A stretch of DNA of 35,373 nucleotides from Nemertoderma westbladi (taxonomy: Eukaryota > Animalia > Xenacoelomorpha): positions 1-35,373 of the forward strand of contig JAUCBJ010008650.1 in NCBI GenBank assembly GCA_032718475.1, in the 5' to 3' direction. A program made the position numbers and the translations under genes. Numbering within the stretch: position 1 is the first letter of the stretch; each line of letters begins with the position of its first letter. The notes below the pieces were generated by a model. The model worked only from the letters and a program-made list of their open reading frames with translations, ran no database searches and was not told the DNA's origin. Positions 12,730-23,136 of this stretch are shown in pieces.

Positions 12730-14433
12730 TTAGGAACCGAGAGGTTCATTACTGTAAGAATTGCTCGTGGCTGGCTGACTGACTGGCTGGCTGGCTGATC
12801 TACAGCCAAAACTACTCTAACGATTTTGATGAAATTTTCACAGCGGCTAGATACCGCGATTCTAAGGTCCCTGGTATGTTCCGCTATTTCGTCCATGAGC
12901 CGTGGGCTCGAAAAATAGACATAAACGAAAAAACGCCATAGGCGCAATGATAAAAACACCAGCTGGCACTCATGAAAAATGGATAGAGATAGCCTAGTAA
13001 TGCTATTCTATAGGAATGGCCACCTAACAAGGAAATGCTTTCTCTGCCAAGTATTATCCTCACTCTACAACTCAGACAGTAAGCAAACAAAAGCCGTGGT
13101 ATTCTAATGTATTACATCATAAGCTGATTGCTCTCCCAATAGCCCTCACACACTCACTGAATCCAATGAAATCGAATATCTATTAGCTTAATGCGAATAG
13201 CTGGTAAGCTGAATGCCATTTTAGTTATTGTGTACTGTTGATTGCAGAGTTGACTGCTATGTTGTATGTATTTAATTAAAATAATTTTCGTAGAGGGAAG
13301 TTAATTTGGGATTACTTTCTATCAGATGTAAGCAAAGCTGTTCAATGGGGTGGGTCATGGGACCCAAATATAATACATTATGCATGGCAAACATTAATAA
13401 AATCATTCAGTCAACCTGGAGGGTATTTGCTTAGTTAACTCTACTGTGCGAAAAACGAATTTATAATGTTACCCATACTTCAGGTGAATGAATGTTTAGA
13501 TATTTGTACTGAAGGCAACGATTTCTGATATAATTAAAATACAAGACAGAGGGGATTGTTTCGATAAATGTAGTTGCGCCCTTCTAGCAGCACGTGAGAT
13601 TGTCAAATAATAGACACAATGTTTGACTTTGTCCCTTCGAGCAGCACGTGAGTTTTGCTTTGACCCTTCGATATATGTATTTGCGCCCTTCGAGCAGCAC
13701 GTGAATTACATCAAATAATAGACACATTGTTTGACTTTGTCCCTTCGAGCAGCACGTGAGTTTTGCTTTGACCCTTCGAGCAGCACAGGGAGTCGACTCA
13801 GACCGAGCCAAGCCGAGCCGAGCCGAGCCGAGCCGAGCCGAGCCGTGCCGTGCCGAGCCGTGCCGTGCCGAGCCGAGCCGAGCCGAGCCGAGCTGAGCCG
13901 AACCGAGCCGAGCCGTGCCGAGCCGAGCCGAGCCGAGCCGAGCCGAGCCGAGCCGAGCCGAGCCGAGCCGAGCCGAGCCGAGCCGAGCCGAGCCGAGCCG
14001 AGCCGAGCCGAGCCGAGCCGTGCCGAGCCGAGCCGAGCCGAGCCGAGCTGAGCTGAGCCGAACCGAGCCGAGCCGAGCCGTGCCAAGAGCCGAGCAGAGC
14101 CGTGCCGAGTCGTGCCGTGCCGAACCGAGCCGAGCCGAGCCAAGCCGAGCCGAGCCGAGCCGAGCCGAGCCGAGCCGAGCCGAGCCGAGCCGAGCCGAGC
14201 CGAGCCGAGCCGAGCCGAGCCGAGCCGAGCCGAGCCAAGCCGAGCCGAGCCCAGCCGAGCCGAGCCAAACCGAGCCGAGCCGAGCCGAGCCAAGCCGAGC
14301 CGAGCCGAGCCGAGCCGATCAAGCCAAGACGAACTTAATCGTGCCCAATCGTGCAAGACCGAGCCGAGCTCGTTGTCTCTTTTATATGAAATAAAAAGTC
14401 GGTTCCTTATCGGGCCGCTAGGCCCGTCACTAG
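12730..14433 (+). mobile_element. Non-autonomous Helentron-type element, array unit 7 (family A, Q body)
   Basis: Family-A termini, CTAG 14430-14433 followed by TT; colinear with unit 4 but with a shorter GAGCC tract. Confidence 0.85.
13804..14368. repeat. (GAGCC)n satellite, ~0.55 kb, degenerate at the 3' end
   Basis: Direct reading. Confidence 0.97.
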
Positions 14434-15151
14434 TTACATATTTAGATATTAATTACGAATTAATTGTTCATAAAATATACATAGTAGACCAGATGTTTAT
14501 ATACAATATAAGATAGTTTAAGAATTAATATCATTCATAAGCTCTCATAACGAGAGAAAGCCGCCCCAATATTAGATTATTACAACAACATATCCATTGG
14601 GTAAGAAAGTGGAGGAGAGCCAGCCCGTCTCTTAATTTTTTACTTTATATTACGCGATCAATTTTCACTCATCTCGTCATGAACCCAACATGTATGTAAC
14701 CTTTTGTTAAATTTGTTGGCTATGCGTTTGCGGTTGTTTGGGCGGAGTGTGGTAGGCCTACACTTTTCACACTTAAATATTTTGGTTGTGAAATGTTACA
14801 GGGCATAGCTATCTGAGATATTTCATTTATATTTTATTATGAGAGGAAGAAGAACATACAACGTTATTTACTATATATGTAACAAAATAATTGTTTTCGG
14901 GTTTAACTTGGAAGCCTCCCCAAATAGTTGATATACAATTATATTTAAAATTATTTCCATGGTCATGGTCATTCACCCGTCTTTAGTTAGAAATTTGTTT
15001 GCATGAAAGACAGTTTAGTTTGGTTTTTAGTGATTATTATCTCTTATCTGACTGGGGTAATAATAAAGGATAGGATAAATGGAAGCAAAGTGTGACAGTA
15101 ACAAATATTTCCCCGTCACCCTAGTATGTCTTAAGTATATGATATATCAAA

Positions 15152-15200
15152 GGGGGAAGTTTGGATTCACTGCATAAATGCAGTTCACCAAACTTCCCCC
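15152..15200. other. Strong isolated hairpin / palindrome
   Basis: GGGGGAAGTTTGG-ATTC-ACTGCAT-AA-ATGCAGT-TCA-CCAAACTTCCCCC: 13-bp perfect outer stem plus an inner ACTGCAT/ATGCAGT stem. Confidence 0.8.
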
Positions 15201-16056
15201 GAATGCACACTGTAACTTCCCCCTTCCCCCAAATATCCACTGTTGAATTAATTTGAAGCGATATAATAAGTACAAAATTGTGCGAGTTTTTAATTGCGTA
15301 GTCCATTTGTTATTTGATTTCTATTTATTATTTAAAGTGCATTTAATATCACACTGGTTTTTAGAATATTATACTATACAACCTTATGTTTTATTAATTT
15401 ACCCAATCGAAGCCTCATAAGGGCCGGTTATTTGTACGCATATCCCCTAATGCGCTCAGTAAGGTTCAAACAACATATTAATATGAAAATAAAGTATCTG
15501 CAAAGAAAAGAACCCAATACTATATAATTTGACCTTATTAAAACATTTGCACTTTTGCACACTTATTTGTACAAATGCACTTTAGCAGATCGTAATGGTG
15601 GCTCTTATTTAACAAACTTATGTTTATCCTCTACCGATCTACGATGGTGTATGATCAAGTGTCAGTCGCTAAAAGTGTCAAAAATCCAATTTAATAAATC
15701 TGGATTTGCGATTTTGGACCATATTCATGGACATTTTTAAGTCACTTTATAGACATAAAAAGTTAAACAAATGTTACGATTATAGTTAGAAATCATTCCA
15801 GACTACATTTTAATCCAAAAAATAACATTCTACGATGAATAGAACTGGAAATAACAGTGTTTGAAATATCGAAAAAATGTTCACTATTTAAGTGCATTTT
15901 GCACTAAGTGCACATGCGTATTTTCCCAAGTTGTATCCTATTTCACACACTACAATCTATCCTCTATCCAATGAAAAAAGTTTCAGATTAAACGGCCCTG
16001 TAGAACCGAAGTTATTTATGTTTAAAAATAGTCACTCGTAAATTTCAAATTCTCTT

Positions 16057-16129
16057 GGTCACATAGTCTAGTGGTTATCAATCACGTTAATGAAAAATAA
16101 GTTCGCGGGTTCGAAATCCAATATTGACC
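16057..16129 (+). pseudogene. Degenerate tRNA-like sequence (tRNA pseudogene or SINE head)
   Basis: A-box-like TAGTCTAGTGG (16064-16074), B-box-like GGTTCGAAATCC (16108-16119), complementary ends GGTCA...TGACC, 73-nt span. D, anticodon and T stems pair poorly, so not a functional tRNA. Confidence 0.45.
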
Positions 16130-16289
16130 TGACCATTCTTAATTTTTTTGAAAAAAAAATATTTTTATTTTTTCACTAAAATCGCCCTAACTTCGGTTCT
16201 GGTGGTCCAAATTCAATAAAATTGGTATATTCTTTGCCGTAATTTTTTTCTTAATCTTTTGAGAAGGGGTTATTTTGAATTGGAAATTA

Positions 16290-19200
16290 AAGTGACCTTT
16301 TTCTGCAAGTTATAGTAGTTTTGTGATTCTGAGTGACCTTTCTCTGTAAGTTAGTAGTTTCGTGATTCTGAGTGACCTTTCTCTGCAAGTTATAGTAGTT
16401 TTGTGATTATGAGTGACCTTTCTCTCTAAGTTAGTAGTTTTGTGATTCTGAGTGACCTTTCTCTGTAAGTTAGTAGTTTTGTAATACTGAGTGACCTTTC
16501 TCTGTAAGTTAGTAGTTTTGTGATTCTGAGTGACCTTTCTCTCTAAGTTAGTAGTTTTGTGATTCTGAGTGACCTTTATCTGTAAGTTAGTAGTTTTGTG
16601 ATTGTGAGTGACCTTTCTCTGTAAGTTAGTAGTTTTGTGATTCTGAGTGACCTTTCTCTCTAAGTTAGTAGTTTTGTGATTCTGAGTGACCTTTCTCTCT
16701 AAGTTAGTAGTTTTGTGATTCTGAGTGACCTTTCTCTGTAAGTTAGTAGTTTTGTGATTCTGAGTGACCTTCCTCTGCAAGTTAGTAGTTTTGTGATTCT
16801 GAGTGACCTTTCTCTGTAAGTTAGTAGTTTTGTGATTCTGAGTGACCTTTCTCTCTAAGTTAGTAGTTTTGTGATACTGAGTGACCTTTCTCTGTAAGTT
16901 AGTAGTTTTGTGATTCTGAGTGACCTTTCTCTCTAAGTTAGTAGTTTTGTGATACTGAGTGACCTTTCTCTGTAAGTTAGTAGTTTTGTGATTCTGAGTG
17001 ACCTTCCTCTGCAAGTTAGTAGTTTTGTGATACTGAGTGACCTTCCTCTGCAAGTTAGTAGTTTTGTGATACTGAGTGACCTTTCTCTGTAAGTTAGTAG
17101 TTTTGTGATTGTGAGTGACCTTTCTCTGTAAGTTAGTAGTTTTGTGATTCTGAGTGACCTTTCTCTCTAAGTTAGTAGTTTTGTGATTCTGAGTGACCTT
17201 TCTCTCTAAGTTAGTAGTTTTGTGATTCTGAGTGACCTTTTCTCTGCAAGTTAGTAGTTTTGTGATTCTGAGTGACCTTTCTCTGCAAGTTAATAGTTTT
17301 GTGATTCTGAGTGACCTTTCTCTGCAAGTTAGTAGTTTTGTGATTCTGAGTGACCTTTCTCTGCAAGTTAGTAGTTTTGTGATTCTGAGTGACCTTTCTC
17401 TCTAAGTTAGTAGTTTTGTGATTCTGAGTGACCTTTCTCTGTAAGTTAGTAGTTTTGTGATTGTGAGTGACCTTTCTCTGTAAGTTAGTAGTTTTGTGAT
17501 TCTGAGTGACCTTTCTCTCTAAGTTAGTAGTTTTGTGATTCTGAGTGACCTTTCTCTCTAAGTTAGTAGTTTTGTGATTCTGAGTGACCTTTCTCTCTAA
17601 GTTAGTAGTTTTGTGATTGTGAGTGACCTTTCTCTGTAAGTTAGTAGTTTTGTGATTCTGAGTGACCTTTCTCTGTAAGTTAGTAGTTTTGTGATTCTGA
17701 GTGACCTTTCTCTCTAAGTTAGTAGTTTTGTGATTCTGAGTGACCTTTCTCTCTAAGTTAGTAGTTTTGTGATTCTGAGTGACCTTTCTCTGTAAGTTGG
17801 TAGTTTTGTGATTCTGAGTGATCTTTCTCTATAAGTTAGTAGTTTTGTGATTCTGAGTGACCTTTCTCTGTAAGTTAGTAGTTTTGTGATTCTGAGTGAC
17901 CTTTCTCTCTAAGTTAGTAGTTTTGTGATTCTGAGTGACCTTTCTCTGTAAGTTAGTAGTTTTGTGATTCTGAGTGACTTTTCTCTGTAAGTTAGTAGTT
18001 TTGTGATTCTGAGTGACCTTTCTCTCTAAGTTAGTAGTTTTGTGATTCTGAGTGACCTTTCTCTGCAAGTTAGTAGTTTTGTGATTCTGAGTGACCTTTC
18101 TCTCTAAGTTAGTAGTTTTGTGATTCTGAGTGACCTTTCTCTGTAAGTTAGTAGTTTTGTGATTCTGAGTGACTTTTCTCTGTAAGTTAGTAGTTTTGTG
18201 ATTCTGAGTGACCTTTCTCTCTAAGTTAGTAGTTTTGTGATTCTGAGTGACCTTTCTCTGCAAGTTAGTAGTTTTGTGATTCTGAGTGACCTTTCTCTCT
18301 AAGTTAGTAGTTTTGTGATTCTGAGTTACCTTTCTCTGTAAGTTAGTAGTTTTGTGATTCTGAGTGACCTTTCTCTATAAGTTAGTAGTTTTCTGATTCT
18401 GAGTGACCTTTCTCTGTAAGTTAGTAGTTTTGTGATTCTGAGTGACCTTTCTCTGCAAGTTAGTAGTTTTGTGATTCTGAGTGACCTTTCTCTCTAAGTT
18501 AGTAGTTTTGTGATTCTGAGTGACCTTTCTCTCTAAGTTAGTAGTTTTGTGATTCTGAGTTACCTTTCTCTGTAAGTTAGTAGTTTTGTGATTCTGAGTG
18601 ACCTTTCTCTATAAGTTAGTAGTTTTGTGATTCTGAGTGACCTTTCTCTGCAAGTTAGTAGTTTTGTGATTCTGAGTGACCTTTCTCTATAAGTTAGTAG
18701 TTTTGTGATTCTGAGTGACCTTTCTCTGCAAGTTAGTAGTTTTGTGATTCTGAGTGACCTTTCTCTGTAAGTTAGTAGTTTTGTGATTCTGAGTGACCTT
18801 TCTCTATAAGTTAGTAGTTTTGTGATTCTGAGTGACCTTTCTCTGTAAGTTAGTAGTTTTGTGATTCTGAGTGACCTTTCTCTCTAAGTTAGTAGTTTTG
18901 TGATTCTGAGTGACCTTTCTCTCTAAGTTAGTAGTTTTGTGATTCTGAGTGACCTTTCTCTGTAAGTTGGTAGTTTTGTGATTCTGAGTGATCTTTCTCT
19001 ATAAGTTAGTAGTTTTGTGATTCTGAGTGACCTTTCTCTGTAAGTTAGTAGTTTTGTGATTCTGAGTGACCTTTCTCTCTAAGTTAGTAGTTTTGTGATT
19101 CTGAGTGACCTTTCTCTGTAAGTTAGTAGTTTTGTGATTCTGAGTGACTTTTCTCTGTAAGTTAGTAGTTTTGTGATTCTGAGTGACCTTTCTCTCTAAG

Positions 19201-22192
19201 TTAGTAGTTTTGTGATTCTGAGTGACCTTTCTCTGCAAGTTAGTAGTTTTGTGATTCTGAGTGACCTTTCTCTCTAAGTTAGTAGTTTTGTGATTCTGAG
19301 TGACCTTTCTCTGTAAGTTAGTAGTTTTGTGATTCTGAGTGACTTTTCTCTGTAAGTTAGTAGTTTTGTGATTCTGAGTGACCTTTCTCTCTAAGTTAGT
19401 AGTTTTGTGATTCTGAGTGACCTTTCTCTGCAAGTTAGTAGTTTTGTGATTCTGAGTGACCTTTCTCTCTAAGTTAGTAGTTTTGTGATTCTGAGTTACC
19501 TTTCTCTGTAAGTTAGTAGTTTTGTGATTCTGAGTGACCTTTCTCTATAAGTTAGTAGTTTTGTGATTCTGAGTGACCTTTCTCTGTAAGTTAGTAGTTT
19601 TGTGATTCTGAGTGACCTTTCTCTGCAAGTTAGTAGTTTTGTGATTCTGAGTGACCTTTCTCTCTAAGTTAGTAGTTTTGTGATTCTGAGTGACCTTTCT
19701 CTCTAAGTTAGTAGTTTTGTGATTCTGAGTTACCTTTCTCTGTAAGTTAGTAGTTTTGTGATTCTGAGTGACCTTTCTCTATAAGTTAGTAGTTTTGTGA
19801 TTCTGAGTGACCTTTCTCTGCAAGTTAGTAGTTTTGTGATTCTGAGTGACCTTTCTCTCTAAGTTAGTAGTTTTGTGATTCTGAGTGACCTTTCTCTGTA
19901 AGTTAGTAGTTTTGTGATTCTGAGTGACCTTTCTCTCTAAGTTAGTAGTTTTGTGATTCTGAGTGACCTTTCTCTGCAAGTTAGTAGTTTTGTGATTCTG
20001 AGTAACATTTCTCTCTAAGTTAGTAGTTTTGTGATTCTGAGTGACCTTTCTCTGTAAGTTAGTAGTTTTGTGATTCTGAGTGACCTTTCTCTCTAAGTTA
20101 GTAGTTTTGTGATTCTGAGTGACCTTTCTCTCTAAGTTAGTAGTTTTGTGATTCTGAGTGACCTTTCTCTGCAAGTTAGTAGTTTTGTGATTCTGAGTAA
20201 CATCTCTCTCTAAGTTAGTAGTTTTGTGATACTGAGTGACCTTTCTCTGCAAGTTAGTAGTTTTGTGATTCTGAGTAACATTTCTCTCTAAGTTAGTAGT
20301 TTTGTGATTCTGAGTAACATTTCTCTCTAAGTTAGTAGTTTGGTGATTCTGAGTGACCTTTCTCTGCAAGTTAGTAGTTTTGTGATTCTGAGTAACATTT
20401 CTCTCTAAGTTAGTAGTTTTGTGATTCTGAGTGACCTTTCTCTGTAAGTTAGTAGTTTTGTGATTCTGAGTGACCTTTCTCTGCAAGTTAGTAGTTTTGT
20501 GATTCTGAGTGACCTTTCTCTCTAAGTTAGTAGTTTTGTGATTCTGAGTGACCTTTCTCTGTAAGTTAGTAGTTTTGTGATTGTGAGTGACCTTTCTCTG
20601 TAAGTTAGTAGTTTTGTGATTCTGAGTGACCTTTCTCTGTAAGTTAGTAGTTTTGTGATTCTGAGTGACCTTTCTCTCTAAGTTAGTAGTTTTGTGATTC
20701 TGAGTGACCTTTCTCTCTAAGTTAGTAGTTTTGTGATTGTGAGTGACCTTTCTCTGTAAGTTAGTAGTTTTGTGATTCTGAGTGACCTTTCTCTCTAAGT
20801 TAGTAGTTTTGTGATTCTGAGTGACCTTTCTCTCTAAGTTAGTAGTTTTGTGATTCTGAGTGACCTTTCTCTCTAAGTTAGTAGTTTTGTGATTCTGAGT
20901 GACCTTTCTCTCTAAGTTAGTAGTTTTGTGATTGTGAGTGACCTTTCTCTGTAAGTTAGTAGTTTTGTGATTCTGAGTGACCTTTCTCTCTAAGTTAGTA
21001 GTTTTGTGATTCTGAGTTACCTTTCTCTGTAAGTTAGTAGTTTTGTGATTCTGAGTGACCTTTCTCTATAAGTTAGTAGTTTTGTGATTCTGAGTGACCT
21101 TTCTCTGTAAGTTAGTAGTTTTGTGATTCTGAGTGACCTTTCTCTCTAAGTTAGTAGTTTTGTGATTCTGAGTGACCTTTCTCTCTAAGTTAGTAGTTTT
21201 GTGATTCTGAGTTACCTTTCTCTGTAAGTTAGTAGTTTTGTGATTCTGAGTGACCTTTCTCTGTAAGTTAGTAGTTTTGTGATTCTGAGTGACCTTTCTC
21301 TCTAAGTTAGTAGTTTTGTGATTCTGAGTGACCTTTCTCTCTAAGTTAGTAGTTTTGTGATTCTGAGTGACCTTTCTCTCTAAGTTAGTAGTTTTGTGAT
21401 TCTGAGTGACCTTTCTCTCTAAGTTAGTAGTTTTGTGATTCTGAGTTACCTTTCTCTGTAAGTTAGTAGTTTTGTGATTCTGAGTGACCTTTCTCTCTAA
21501 GTTAGTAGTTTTGTGATTCTGAGTGACCTTTCTCTCTAAGTTAGTAGTTTTGTGATTCTGAGTTACCTTTCTCTGTAAGTTAGTAGTTTTGTGATTCTGA
21601 GTGACCTTTCTCTCTAAGTTAGTAGTTTTGTGATTCTGAGTGACCTTTCTCTATAAGTTAGTAGTTTTGTGATTCTGAGTGACCTTTCTCTCTAAGTTAG
21701 TAGTTTTGTGATTCTGAGTTACCTTTCTCTGTAAGTTAGTAGTTTTGTGATTCTGAGTGACCTTTCTCTCTAAGTTAGTAGTTTTGTGATTCTGAGTGAC
21801 CTTTCTCTATAAGTTAGTAGTTTTGTGATTCTGAGTGACCTTTCCCTGCAAGTTAGTAGTTTTGTGATTCTGAGTGACCTTTCTCTCTAAGTTAGTAGTT
21901 TTGTGATTCTGAGTGACCTTTCTCTGTAAGTTAGTAGTTTTGTGATTCTGAGTGACCTTTCTTTCTAAGTTAGTAGTTTTGTGATTCTGAGTGACCTTTC
22001 TCTGCAAGTTAGTAGTTTTGTGATTCTGAGTAACATTTCTCTCTAAGTTAGTAGTTTTGTGATTCTGAGTGACCTTTCTCTGTAAGTTAGTAGTTTTGTG
22101 ATTCTGAGTGACCTTTCTCTCTAAGTTAGCAGTTTTGTGATTCTGAGTGACCTTTCTCTGTAAGTTAGTAGCTTTGTGATTCTGAGTGACTT
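16290..22192. repeat. 39-bp tandem satellite, ~150 copies
   Basis: Consensus AAGTTAGTAGTTTTGTGATTCTGAGTGACCTTTCTCT(GT/CT/GC/AT); variation is concentrated in the last two positions. Confidence 0.99.
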
Positions 22193-22563
22193 TTATGAAT
22201 TATGAAGTCCTTGGCAACCTCTCTTGGCAAAGGGTTTTAAAGAGTTGTCCATATTCTTAAATTTTCTGTGATTTTCAATAAACACTTTGTTCTTAATGAT
22301 TTTTATCAAACACTCGGTTCTACTTGATGGTTTTGGTGTTGAAATACCAAACCACATATTATAATTGTGTTGTTTGGAAAATGAATATAATTAACTGAAA
22401 AGGTAACTTTTGAACTCCGTTGTGTGGTATGACCCTATAAAGCATATTTCTCAGTTTTTAATAATGTTCTGTAATAAACAATAATAATGATTTTTACTAT
22501 AAGAAATAGACTTTTTACTACATACATATATTATTATTGTACAGGTTGATAAATTAACAGTTT

Positions 22564-22941
22564 TTATGAAATTTCCTTGAGGTCCTGGATAATATTTTCT
22601 ATCTGGTCTGCTTCCCTGTTTGACTGAGTGTGTTCGGTTGATTGAGTGTGTCCGGATTCATGTATCCAATCTGAGACAGCCCGAGATGGTTCTGCTGCAC
22701 TTGTATCTATCCATTGCGTTAAGCGTTTCCGTATCTGTACACCAGTTATGGTGAGGTCTAACGGTTCTCCGTTATCATTGGATAGATCAATGGGAACCTC
22801 CGGTTGACTTAACTTCGAGCTACAAGAGTCTCCGCTAAGGGGCGAATTCATATCCAGTATGTCCATGTTAAAGAGGTCGACTGGTAGGTTGGATTCTGGG
22901 TTGTCAAGGTCTATGTCGTTGTAACCAGCTATCGTAACCAT
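22564..22941 (-). CDS. foxj1: FoxJ1-like, last coding exon (5)
   Basis: Acceptor TTATTAG|ATG, phase 0. Acidic C-terminus with PLDLTITGVQI, resembling the vertebrate FOXJ1 DLTVHGRHI motif (recalled). Stop TAA at 22564-22566. Confidence 0.8.
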   Translation of the reverse strand: MVTIAGYNDIDLDNPESNLPVDLFNMDILDMNSPLSGDSCSSKLSQPEVPIDLSNDNGEPLDLTITGVQIRKRLTQWIDTSAAEPSRAVSDWIHESGHTQSTEHTQSNREADQIENIIQDLKEIS

Positions 22942-23136
22942 CTAATAATTTAATAATAATAACACATAATACATTAAATATACTGTACTATATAATTTAA
23001 AATACACAAACATAATATATGGGCAATAATATAACTGTATATTGTTGGCATAGAATTAATAGGTACCGGCCTACAGTATATGTAAGCAAACAGTCAATCG
23101 GTCGAAGCCGGGGCCGACCCGAAGGCTCCTCTTTCG

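Noticed and set aside
4597-13090. Recurring ORFs in the Helentron units (e.g. 6418-6888, 10448-10918)
   Set aside because: They recur only because the DNA is repeated; no Rep/helicase motifs, and starts and frames vary with homopolymer length.
8162-14516. ARLGS/AEPSR repeat ORFs
   Set aside because: Translation artefacts of (GAGCC)n, which has no stop codon in any frame.
16290-22192. QRKVTQNHKTTNL repeat ORFs, or a CRISPR-like array
   Set aside because: A common monomer variant creates TAG and indels shift the frame; monomers are contiguous with no unique spacers; context is eukaryotic.
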